From: a bacterium
GTDB taxonomy: Bacteria; Patescibacteriota; Saccharimonadia; CAILAD01; BJGX01
NCBI GenBank assembly: GCA_023261595.1
Contig: JAHFOQ010000001.1
Coordinates: forward strand, 1-26,856
Direction: 5' to 3'
DNA: 26,856 nt
The position numbers and the translations under genes were made by a program. The number at the start of each line of letters is the position of its first letter. Position 1 is the first letter of the stretch. Positions 15,235-23,627 of this stretch are shown here, one piece after another. The notes under the pieces were generated by a model. It was not told the DNA's origin, did not search any database, and saw nothing but the letters and a program-made list of their open reading frames with translations.

Positions 15235-16527
15235 ATGAATTATATACTGCAAAACTTTGATAACCATTTCTTATTAGCAAGAGGTGGGGGTGGTGGAAGT
15301 AGCTCGGGAGGAGGACATTCGTCTGGGGGTGGTTTTTCTAGTGGGTCTAGTCATTCGTCGAGCTCGTCGTATCATGGAGGCACATCAAGCTCTAGTGGTA
15401 GTGCAACAGGATGGGGTCTTGCCTGGATATTGTTTCTCAGCTTTGGTGTGCCAATTATTATTATTCTTGTAATTATTTGGCTGAGTAAATCAAGCAGTAA
15501 AGGGAGCAATATGGCGTCAGTGCCTCCAGGCTATATAGACCCCAACAAGCATACAGGCGCTACAGAAGAAGAAAAGAAACTGGCCCTATCTGCAAAGAAA
15601 ATATTTATGAATTTTCAAAAAGCTTGGTCTCATTATGATTTGAAGCTTATGAAGAAAGTGGCGAGCGAGGAATTCTATAAAAAAATGGTACTCGAGCTAA
15701 ATGTTTTACAAAACTACAAGCGCCAGAATGTAATGGATAATGTTACGATACTCGGTGCCTACATTGGCAAAAGTAGTGATTATTCTCAAGGATTTTCTGT
15801 CTTCTTTCAAGCTAAGGCCCAAGATAAATTAGTTGATACCTCTCAAGACAATACAACTATATTTACCGACACCAACCCATTTAGCGAGATTTGGACATTC
15901 GTAAAATCTGGCAACGATTATGTACTAGATAAAATTGATCAGACTACTACCGACGCAGGTAAACTTGATGTGGGAATTGCTCAATTTGCTCAGAGTAATG
16001 GGTTTTACTATGATCCAGATTTTGGATGGCTCATGATGCCAAGTAGAGGAGCTATTTTTGGACCACAAGGTTTTGGAAATGCCGACATTAATAATCATGT
16101 TATTGGGTATTATGGTAGCGGACAAAAAGCAAAGATAGTCGAATTTTACAGTTACGAGCCTAAGGCAGGGGTAGGTATGCAGCCAATTACTGTTGCACAA
16201 GCAATACTTCCAAAATCATATGATGATATATTGGTAACAGAAAAAAGTTGGTATGGATTTAAACCAAAGATGAAGGGACTTAATAGAATCGAAACAGAGA
16301 GTGTTGAATTTAATAAAAAATTTGCTGTTTGGGCAGCAAACCAAGACCAAGCTACAAGCTTTGAACTACTTGCTACAAACTTTATGGAACGAATATATGC
16401 TCTCGACTTTGAAATAAACATCGAAGTGGTTGAAAATGTTCTCTATCTCTACAGCCCTGATACAAAAATAAATTATGCTGACATGCTCGAGGTATTGAGC
16501 TGGGCATTTGACGAAATGAAGGTGTAA
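15235..16527 (+). CDS. membrane protein with Gly/Ser-rich N-terminus and Tim44-like domain
   Basis: Low-complexity 'GGGGGSSSGGGHSSGGGFSSGSSHSSSSS' stretch, one TM segment, then 'EEEKKLALSAKKIFMNFQKAWSHYDLKLMKKVASEEFYKKM', which is Tim44-like. Confidence 0.45.
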   Translation: MNYILQNFDNHFLLARGGGGGSSSGGGHSSGGGFSSGSSHSSSSSYHGGTSSSSGSATGWGLAWILFLSFGVPIIIILVIIWLSKSSSKGSNMASVPPGYIDPNKHTGATEEEKKLALSAKKIFMNFQKAWSHYDLKLMKKVASEEFYKKMVLELNVLQNYKRQNVMDNVTILGAYIGKSSDYSQGFSVFFQAKAQDKLVDTSQDNTTIFTDTNPFSEIWTFVKSGNDYVLDKIDQTTTDAGKLDVGIAQFAQSNGFYYDPDFGWLMMPSRGAIFGPQGFGNADINNHVIGYYGSGQKAKIVEFYSYEPKAGVGMQPITVAQAILPKSYDDILVTEKSWYGFKPKMKGLNRIETESVEFNKKFAVWAANQDQATSFELLATNFMERIYALDFEINIEVVENVLYLYSPDTKINYADMLEVLSWAFDEMKV

Positions 16528-16530
16528 AAA

Positions 16531-17313
16531 ATGAAAAAAGACATCAATTCTAATGTAGAACAAGTAACTCAAAAGAATGAAACAGAGCATTCAGAGATTT
16601 CGCCAAACCCCAAAAAGACAATGTTACTAGTCGGTATTGTCTTGTCTGCAATAGTTATTTTAGTTGTAGCAACAATAATCTTTTGGCCAAAGAAGTCAAC
16701 TAAATCTAATATTGACGTGCCCCAGGAGCAAGCACAGCAGAGCACTAGTAGTTCGAAACAAACCAATTCAACTCAAAAGCTCATTATAGGTGATGCTAAT
16801 GCTAAGGTGAGTATTATAGAATATGGAGACTTTAAATGTCCGTTGTGTGGCAGATTTTTTAGAGAAACTGAACCGCAAATAAAAAAAGAATATATCGATA
16901 GCGGAAAAGCCAATATAGAATATCGCCCGCTACCAATTATTGCACAAGATTCTTCTGTTGCAGCACTTGGAGCTTACTGCTCTAATGAACAAAGCAAGTT
17001 TGAACAATACCACAGTGCAGTTTTTAACTATATTTATGATAACCATTACAGTAAAAGCCTAAAAGATGAGTTTTCTAATATTTTTACCTTAGAAACACTA
17101 ACTAAAATAGCTAATGAGCAGGGTTTAGATACTCAAGCTTTTAATGCCTGCATGACGAGTAATCGATATTCAAGTGCAATAGAAGCTAGCGAGGCACAAG
17201 CTAAGGCAGATGGCGCTTCGTCTACACCAACGATAATTATTGGAGGTAAAAAGGTTGTAGGTGCCCAGCCGTTTGCAATTTATAAAGCTTTAATTGAGGC
17301 ACAGTTGCGTTGA
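16531..17313 (+). CDS. DsbA-like thioredoxin-fold thiol:disulfide oxidoreductase, membrane-anchored
   Basis: N-terminal TM anchor and CxxC active site 'FKCPLCGRFF'. AAGGTG lies 7 nt upstream of the ATG. Confidence 0.7.
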   Translation: MKKDINSNVEQVTQKNETEHSEISPNPKKTMLLVGIVLSAIVILVVATIIFWPKKSTKSNIDVPQEQAQQSTSSSKQTNSTQKLIIGDANAKVSIIEYGDFKCPLCGRFFRETEPQIKKEYIDSGKANIEYRPLPIIAQDSSVAALGAYCSNEQSKFEQYHSAVFNYIYDNHYSKSLKDEFSNIFTLETLTKIANEQGLDTQAFNACMTSNRYSSAIEASEAQAKADGASSTPTIIIGGKKVVGAQPFAIYKALIEAQLR

Positions 17314-17360
17314 AATTGTTTTTACTTAAAGTAAGACTTAGTATTTTTTCTATTGGTAGA

Positions 17361-17876
17361 ATGTATAAACGGTACCCGTTATTTATTTTAGTAACGCTCT
17401 TACTTACCGTATTAATATTCGGTATATTACTTTGGTTATTTAATTTAGGACTACTTGCTTATGTGTTGTTCCGGTCACCTTTTAGTATCGTTGAAAAGTT
17501 AGGGTTTATTTTTAGTGTTTATACTAGTGTATTTTCTAATTTTGATACTCCTCAGGCAATTGTGCTAGTCTTATTTTCGGTACTGTTTGGAATGAACTTA
17601 ACTATGTTGATCTTTATTCTATATTCTCGTGGAAAAGTAGTTAAGGAAAGTAAGAAAACAGGACTCAGTCTAGTGCTGGCAATAATTGCTAGCGGCTGTG
17701 CAGCATGCGGAACCTCTATACTAACTCCATTGCTGGTTAGTATTGGTGCAAGTGGGAGTCTGGCACTATCTCGTAATCTCGGCATTATTATTAGTTATTT
17801 AAGTTTACTGTTGGTGTTATATTCTATATATTCTCTTGGTGCTGCAGTAGCTAATACTTTGGCTACTACTAAATAG
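17361..17876 (+). CDS. polytopic membrane protein with a single intramembrane CxxC (CAAC); candidate DsbA redox partner
   Basis: 4-5 predicted TM segments. Its only cysteines are 'GCAACG'. Start is either ATG 17361 or TTG 17310, the latter overlapping the dsbA-like stop codon. Confidence 0.4.
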   Translation: MYKRYPLFILVTLLLTVLIFGILLWLFNLGLLAYVLFRSPFSIVEKLGFIFSVYTSVFSNFDTPQAIVLVLFSVLFGMNLTMLIFILYSRGKVVKESKKTGLSLVLAIIASGCAACGTSILTPLLVSIGASGSLALSRNLGIIISYLSLLLVLYSIYSLGAAVANTLATTK

Positions 17877-17956
17877 CTCTACTCATAAATATTAAACTGT
17901 AAATAAAATAATCTTTACTTAAACGTGTATGTGAGGCAAGCTATTGTAAGATTCAA

Positions 17957-18694
17957 TTATTCACTACCTTCGGCACCTACCGATGCTGCTGCTACTGAAG
18001 AGCTTACGAATATCTGAGTTACGTTTCCATTACTATCTACTGTTAGACTCACCACATATCCGTTGCTTGATTGCCCTACAATAGCATTGTCGCCAAAGTA
18101 TTGAGCGTATTGACCAGCCTGGTACTGTGCGAGCTGAGATTGGGGAATATTCCAGTTCCATGTGCCGTTTGCGCCACTGAGGTATCCAAGTGAAGCGATT
18201 GCTTGAGCAAGTGTTTGTTGAGTGGTGCTACTACCTGCGATTGCGAAGGTTAGAGAAGAATTTAATTTTGACTTTAAATCATTTAACACAGCTGGGTCTT
18301 TACCTCCACTGGCTATATATGCGTTCAGTGCATCTTGAACCGATTTTTGTGTATTTGCAGGTATTGGAATTCCAGTTTTCAGACCAGTTTGTTTATTCGC
18401 GTCACTAGAAGTGTTTCCTATATCTCCAAAGCTTTTTTTGTATAGATCGAGCTTGTTTTGTAGATCTTTAACTTCTTGATTAAGATGGTTAATTTGGGCT
18501 CGATAGACTAGTGAAGTGATGGTTAAAGTAGTAATGTTGGTTACTACTAAAATTATTGCTGCAATAATGACTACAGTATTACTCGAAAGTGTAGAGGTAT
18601 CATACAGCCTCTCTTTACTAGAGGACTTTTGTGATGCCGAATGGTTTTTATTATTCGCGTTTTTACGGTTAGAGATTGAATATCGTTCAGCCAT
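17957..18694 (-). CDS. bitopic membrane protein with coiled-coil; possibly PilN/PilO- or FtsB-like
   Basis: Cytoplasmic S/N/K-rich N-terminus, one TM segment, heptad coiled coil 'AQINHLNQEVKDLQNKLDLYKK', and an A/Q/G-rich C-terminus. Confidence 0.35.
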   Translation of the reverse strand: MAERYSISNRKNANNKNHSASQKSSSKERLYDTSTLSSNTVVIIAAIILVVTNITTLTITSLVYRAQINHLNQEVKDLQNKLDLYKKSFGDIGNTSSDANKQTGLKTGIPIPANTQKSVQDALNAYIASGGKDPAVLNDLKSKLNSSLTFAIAGSSTTQQTLAQAIASLGYLSGANGTWNWNIPQSQLAQYQAGQYAQYFGDNAIVGQSSNGYVVSLTVDSNGNVTQIFVSSSVAAASVGAEGSE

Positions 18695-18726
18695 ATATTT
18701 AATTATAGAACACTTATGCTTAAAGC

Positions 18727-18754
18727 AAAAGAGACCGGTGAAGGTCTCTTTTGA
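18727..18754 (-). terminator. terminator hairpin downstream of pilA
   Basis: AAGAGACC-ggtgaa-GGTCTCTT hairpin with a U-rich flank on both strands. Confidence 0.55.
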
Positions 18755-18770
18755 AGGTAACTAACTTTAC

Positions 18771-19220
18771 TTATCGAGTGACTGCGATAGTTGCGCCCTG
18801 TTCTGCATCTGGTGCAGCTACTGTGACACGACCGTTTGTATCTTTTACAACAGTATACTTGGTATTTGTTGCATCTCCGTTACTCGGATCTTTTGGCATA
18901 GCAACAAGGTATTTACCATTTGCAGTAAGTACTGTCATGTCTGCCAATCCAGTACAACTAGCTGCGCCGGTTGAACAAATATCTTGTGAAGTAATAGTAA
19001 CGCTTGCAGGAAGGTTACCATTATTATCAATTGAGTATTGATAAATTGCATTAATAATAGTATTTACGTCACTTCGACGTTGTGAATTACGGGTATCTGC
19101 TAGCTGTTTACTTGGGTTAACGGCTAAAATAACGATACCTGCAAGAATCGCAATGATTGCTACTACGAGCAAGACTTCGATAAGCGTAAAGCCTGATCTC
19201 TTTTTGGGGGTAAGTTTCAT
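18771..19220 (-). CDS. pilA: type IV major pilin
   Basis: Class III prepilin signal 'KKRSGFTLIEVLLVVAIIAILAGIV' and C-terminal Cys residues. This is the last gene of the pilus operon. Confidence 0.85.
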   Translation of the reverse strand: MKLTPKKRSGFTLIEVLLVVAIIAILAGIVILAVNPSKQLADTRNSQRRSDVNTIINAIYQYSIDNNGNLPASVTITSQDICSTGAASCTGLADMTVLTANGKYLVAMPKDPSNGDATNTKYTVVKDTNGRVTVAAPDAEQGATIAVTR

Positions 19221-19293
19221 TCTGTCCTTTCATTTATTATTTTTTGTACTTGAATTCATTTTAAGAAACTTATGCTTATTTAGCAAGAGGTAT

Positions 19294-19701
19294 CTAGGGA
19301 GTTTCTTGCCAAGAGGAAATGTTTAAGGTTGGCCCGACTCTATTTAGTGTAATGTTTACCCGTTTGTTGACATTTTTTCCTGTAGGATCTATCGTTCCTG
19401 TACTTGTAATTGAATAGTTTGGACTAGAACCAGTTATTGTATATGAACACTGAGATTTTTGGTTAGAGTCTATCGTGTAGTTGCTGGTCGTGGGGGTAGC
19501 TACAGTGGTATTTGCCTGTATGACAGCAAGCGCAAGCTCAGCACAGCCGTTAGCTGCTGCTTTGGCCTGTGTTGATTGAGTAACAGAAAAACTCGTCTTA
19601 GAAGACGTTACGCCGGCAAATAGAATAACGAGGGCAATCGCCGAAGCTACTGCACCAACTATGATAACCGTAATTAACGCTATAAACCCGTTTTGTTTCA
19701 T
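19294..19701 (-). CDS. PilX-like minor pilin
   Basis: 'MKQNGFIALITVIIVGAVASAIALVILFAG' resembles the PilX N-terminal helix. There is no G-F-T-L-I-E motif. Confidence 0.5.
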   Translation of the reverse strand: MKQNGFIALITVIIVGAVASAIALVILFAGVTSSKTSFSVTQSTQAKAAANGCAELALAVIQANTTVATPTTSNYTIDSNQKSQCSYTITGSSPNYSITSTGTIDPTGKNVNKRVNITLNRVGPTLNISSWQETP

Positions 19702-20228
19702 CGCAAGGTCCCCGTTCCATAGAATGTTTTAGAATACTGCAACTCACTTCTATTAGATGGATTATAACTGCTAATTGTAAATTGTACTCGAACTGAATCT
19801 TTGCTTCCGGTAACTGCAACATTACTAAATGTAAGGTTACTTAAAGTTACCTTATTGTTTGTCATATAGTTACTTGTACCCCCACTTCCTTCTCGAACTC
19901 TAAGACGATTTCTTGAACCGTCACTAAAAAGGTCATAAATAGTTGGATTATTTACAGCATTAACTGTATTGATCGATAAACTCGATCCCATGGCACCTAC
20001 AGGAGGTGTATTGACCGAAGTAGCATTGCGAAGTTGCTGAGTAATTTGATTCATTGCAAGCTCACCTTGATAATCTACTTCGGTAACTAATTGATTGTGG
20101 GCTCGTTGTGCAACTGCAGAAAATGCAATAAACATAATGCCCGAAATTACAATTGAAAAAATTGCTACGTATAGTAACAGTTCAATTAGAGTAAACCCTT
20201 TTGCTTGCTTAAGCATTAGTTGTCCCAC
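19698..20228 (-). CDS. prepilin-type minor pilin (PilW/GspJ-like)
   Basis: 'KGFTLIELLLYVAIFSIVISG' cleavage/methylation motif. Confidence 0.7.
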   Translation of the reverse strand: MGQLMLKQAKGFTLIELLLYVAIFSIVISGIMFIAFSAVAQRAHNQLVTEVDYQGELAMNQITQQLRNATSVNTPPVGAMGSSLSINTVNAVNNPTIYDLFSDGSRNRLRVREGSGGTSNYMTNNKVTLSNLTFSNVAVTGSKDSVRVQFTISSYNPSNRSELQYSKTFYGTGTLR

Positions 20229-21979
20229 CCAAAGTCAAACCAAACTGCGTTATTGCTTGGGCCTGAAGTATTATGAGTTGTCCACGCCTTACCACTTGGC
20301 GATGAATAAAGTGTATTGTTTGTTCCATTTACTACAACAGAATAAAGATTTCGACTACTGTCGGCTACCACTATCATAGCTTCGTCAGTATTTGGCCGAG
20401 AAACAATAGAAGTCTTTTGTATAATTGAAGAAGCATTTGGCAAGGATATAACCGGACTAGCACTCCAGCTATTTGCAGCACTATCATACAGTTTTAATTT
20501 TGCACTCGATGTGCCATCAGAATAGGCAACCATACCGATATTTGTGGTTAACGCTTTATAATCAAGATCAAAAGTAATTTGTAGACCTGTTGCTGTAGAA
20601 GTGGTTATGAGTTTATTTGCTGGATCCTCAAATCCTGATGGACCAGGGGAGAATTTATAGCAATATATTGCAGGAGGAGTGTTTTGATCTTTGTCACATG
20701 CAACAAAATCGCTTGCGACGGTTGGGCGAGATCCAAGCGCTAATGAACCAATAACTGATCCAGGTGGTTGATTGCTCGCATTTGATACTGGGTTCCAGCT
20801 ACCGTTTCCTGTACCGTTTGCCGTAAATGTGCGTACGCGTAATGATCTGTCATTTGGAGTACTTGTATGTAATAGCACTCCTGTTGTTGGATCAACTGGG
20901 CTCCAGGCAAAATCGATTTGTTTAGAATTGTTACCAATTGAATTAACCGCATGCTGAACATATCCCTGCCATTGGCCGTTCGAATAGTAATTTGAATTTG
21001 TATCAAAGTTAAAATCTAAAAACGCAGCCATTACTTCATTCGTTTGTGGTCGTGCTTTTACTACAACATTTGTAGGAAAATTCGACGATGAGCCAAGTGC
21101 ACCCAGGCTTGTACTGCCACCCCATGTTGTACCATTAAATATGCGAGATTTCGGTGTGTTACTCCCGTCAGAATACACGGCTAAAAACGACCCATCTGCA
21201 GTGTAGTCTCCGCTAAAATTTCCTACATCTAAATAAGTTGTGGAATTCCATTGCGCGAGCAGGGTAGGTGTACCCCAAGCAGTACCATTCCACCATGTTC
21301 CATAGAGGTACTGAGTTGTGCCATTAAAGTGTCGACTGAGTACCATTTTTGCCGAACCGGTTTTGGCGGAATATAGCTTTACTGACCGCGCTACACGATT
21401 TGTAGTACTCGCATCAATGTCTGGCATATTACTTGGACTTGTCCATGTTCCATCATTTAGAAGTTGGCGGTAAGTTAAAGTATCAGTAGTGGTTCCACCA
21501 TTTGCATATACGAATAATCCACTCTTGTTGGCTGGTGCTGTGGGTTGGCGCCAGTTAGCAAAATAGGTAATAGCCGAAACATTACCATTTCGTACCTGTG
21601 AAATTTTCCAACTTACACTTACTGTTGCTTGGCGTGATCCGTTTGGCCCATCGGCAAAAACAACTGTACGTGTAAAGTTATCAATTGCAGTAGGAGTTGT
21701 GGTTAGCTGCCACTGACTGCCTGAAACAGTAATGTAATACGTTGTGCCATTTACGTACGATGATAAATTTGAATAATTTGGGTTGGCAATATTGCGTACT
21801 ACTTCGAGTGACTCACTGTTAAGTTCGGCAGCGCGGTTTCTATCGCCAGCCTGTTGTGTAGCTTGCCTACCATAAATAAAAGCTCCAATAATAATACTGC
21901 CAATAAGAGCAAAAATACCAATTGCTAAAACTAATTCAACAAGAGAAAATCCTGATTGTTTAGGCATGTGCATTTTCAT
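20216..21979 (-). CDS. large prepilin-fused protein; probable pilus tip adhesin (PilY1-like role)
   Basis: N-terminal 'QSGFSLVELVLAIGIFALIGSII' prepilin motif, followed by ~550 aa rich in N, T, S, G, W and Y (beta-rich). Confidence 0.6.
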   Translation of the reverse strand: MKMHMPKQSGFSLVELVLAIGIFALIGSIIIGAFIYGRQATQQAGDRNRAAELNSESLEVVRNIANPNYSNLSSYVNGTTYYITVSGSQWQLTTTPTAIDNFTRTVVFADGPNGSRQATVSVSWKISQVRNGNVSAITYFANWRQPTAPANKSGLFVYANGGTTTDTLTYRQLLNDGTWTSPSNMPDIDASTTNRVARSVKLYSAKTGSAKMVLSRHFNGTTQYLYGTWWNGTAWGTPTLLAQWNSTTYLDVGNFSGDYTADGSFLAVYSDGSNTPKSRIFNGTTWGGSTSLGALGSSSNFPTNVVVKARPQTNEVMAAFLDFNFDTNSNYYSNGQWQGYVQHAVNSIGNNSKQIDFAWSPVDPTTGVLLHTSTPNDRSLRVRTFTANGTGNGSWNPVSNASNQPPGSVIGSLALGSRPTVASDFVACDKDQNTPPAIYCYKFSPGPSGFEDPANKLITTSTATGLQITFDLDYKALTTNIGMVAYSDGTSSAKLKLYDSAANSWSASPVISLPNASSIIQKTSIVSRPNTDEAMIVVADSSRNLYSVVVNGTNNTLYSSPSGKAWTTHNTSGPSNNAVWFDFGWDN

Positions 21980-22422
21980 TGTTCTTCTATCATACCTTTA
22001 CTGTTTAAGGTTAGCGACCTGGTCTCGTTTGCTTGGTTTGTTAGTGTGGTAACCCCAGTGCTGACTGGAAAACCGGTTAGTTTAGAAAAAACATATTCAT
22101 CTTTTCCTGAAACTGTTACACCGTTAGAGAGATTATACACTTCATCTAAATTTGTATTCCGGGTAGCGTAACTATTACCGCTAAAAACAATGACTCGCCC
22201 AGTTAATATTTTAATTCCCCAAGCACTATCAGCTTCACCACTCGAGGCTAAATTCTCAGCTCTGTACATATCTTGAGTAACAGAATTTTGTACAACATCT
22301 AAATCATTACGTAAAAGAAACGAGCGGAGTAATGGCGTACTTACTCCAAACATAATCAATATTATTCCTAGGCTCAGTAAAAGCTCTAAGACAGTTAGTC
22401 CGTTTCGAGCAGGTACCGACAT
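21976..22422 (-). CDS. prepilin-type minor pilin (PilV/FimT-like)
   Basis: 'NGLTVLELLLSLGIILIMFGV' N-terminal motif. Confidence 0.65.
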   Translation of the reverse strand: MSVPARNGLTVLELLLSLGIILIMFGVSTPLLRSFLLRNDLDVVQNSVTQDMYRAENLASSGEADSAWGIKILTGRVIVFSGNSYATRNTNLDEVYNLSNGVTVSGKDEYVFSKLTGFPVSTGVTTLTNQANETRSLTLNSKGMIEEQ

Positions 22423-23627
22423 TATTTACCAGGCTCCAGGCCACCTATCAGGCTATAGATCGGCACAATAACAGCAAGAGCAACAAATAAAACACCAACA
22501 GCTATTAAAACAAGAATAATTGGTTCTATCATGGTCTCGAGGTTTTTCGCAGTAATTTCTGCTTTGTCTTCGTATAACTTACTTAGTTTTAGTAATGTCT
22601 CAGAAAGGTTCCCTGATTTTTCAGCACTTACAATTAACTGACGAATCGGCCCATTAAAGGCTTTTCTATCAGTAATTTTTTCAAACGTGGCCGCAAATGT
22701 ATTGCCTTCTTCGATGCTTGTTTTCATTATGGCGATAATTTTGCGATATCGAAGTGTAGACATAGAGTCAGAAAGAGAATCGAGTGCTTCTACTACTGGC
22801 AATCCAGCTTCGAGAAGTGAGCCAAGTATAAATCCAAAACGTGATATCTCCGATTGATAAAGTAACTGATTGACCCCAGGAAGGTGGAAAAGAAGAATCT
22901 CAGAAAACCTTTTTCCAGTTTTCGTATAGATAGAAAGCAAGATAATAATACCGAGTACAACAAAGAACCCAACGGTAATTAAGATACCCCATTTACCCCA
23001 AAACTGCCCAAATGTAATAAGAGCGGTGGTATACCAAGGCAACTTCATATTTAGGCCTTTAAAAATATCAGCAAGTTTAGGAAGAAGAAATAACCCAATA
23101 CCGCTCCCTACAATAATGAGTAGCACGATTAAAAATGCAGGGTAGAGAAGGGCTGATCGTACCTTACTATTCATCATGTTACTTTTATGAATTTGCTCTG
23201 CAACTACATGGAGATTTTCAGATAATCGCCCTGATTCTTCACCGGCATGGATAATGGCAACAGAAGAAGTGTTTAAGATACCACTATCTCGTAGAGCCAG
23301 CCAAAAAGCACTTCCTTCATCTACTTTGTTTCGCATTTCTGCTATTACATCGCGAACTTTCTTACTCGGCATTTCTTTACCAATAGTGTCGAGCGCCTCG
23401 CCTACAGATACTCCCGAGGCAATAAGCATACTTAGGTTATCAACTAAATACTCCTTGCTATCACGACTGACTGCATGAGGAGAGAGCTTCTTTACTTTTG
23501 ATCGTTCGACTCCTCTTGCAGCAGGTCGGACGTTTTTTGCATCCTGAAAAACACGGTCTTTACTCTGGTTTGGCTGTGTACTTACCGGCTTTATGTCGGT
23601 GACAGTATTATTTTGATTCGGCGACAC
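22422..23627 (-). CDS. pilC: type IV pilus assembly platform protein PilC (GspF family)
   Basis: Two T2SS-F repeats, three TM segments, 401 aa. Confidence 0.85.
   Translation of the reverse strand: MSPNQNNTVTDIKPVSTQPNQSKDRVFQDAKNVRPAARGVERSKVKKLSPHAVSRDSKEYLVDNLSMLIASGVSVGEALDTIGKEMPSKKVRDVIAEMRNKVDEGSAFWLALRDSGILNTSSVAIIHAGEESGRLSENLHVVAEQIHKSNMMNSKVRSALLYPAFLIVLLIIVGSGIGLFLLPKLADIFKGLNMKLPWYTTALITFGQFWGKWGILITVGFFVVLGIIILLSIYTKTGKRFSEILLFHLPGVNQLLYQSEISRFGFILGSLLEAGLPVVEALDSLSDSMSTLRYRKIIAIMKTSIEEGNTFAATFEKITDRKAFNGPIRQLIVSAEKSGNLSETLLKLSKLYEDKAEITAKNLETMIEPIILVLIAVGVLFVALAVIVPIYSLIGGLEPGK

Noticed and set aside
15284-15472. 62-aa ORF inside the Gly/Ser-rich region of the Tim44-like gene
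   Set aside because: It is an alternate-frame reading of a low-complexity GGN/AGY repeat and is an artefact.
18751-19041. 96-aa plus-strand ORF antisense to pilA (also 18190-18408, 18516-18764, 19598-19822-, 20095-20379, 20740-21006-, 20772-20957)
   Set aside because: These are embedded or antisense ORFs within well-supported pilus genes with no independent signals.
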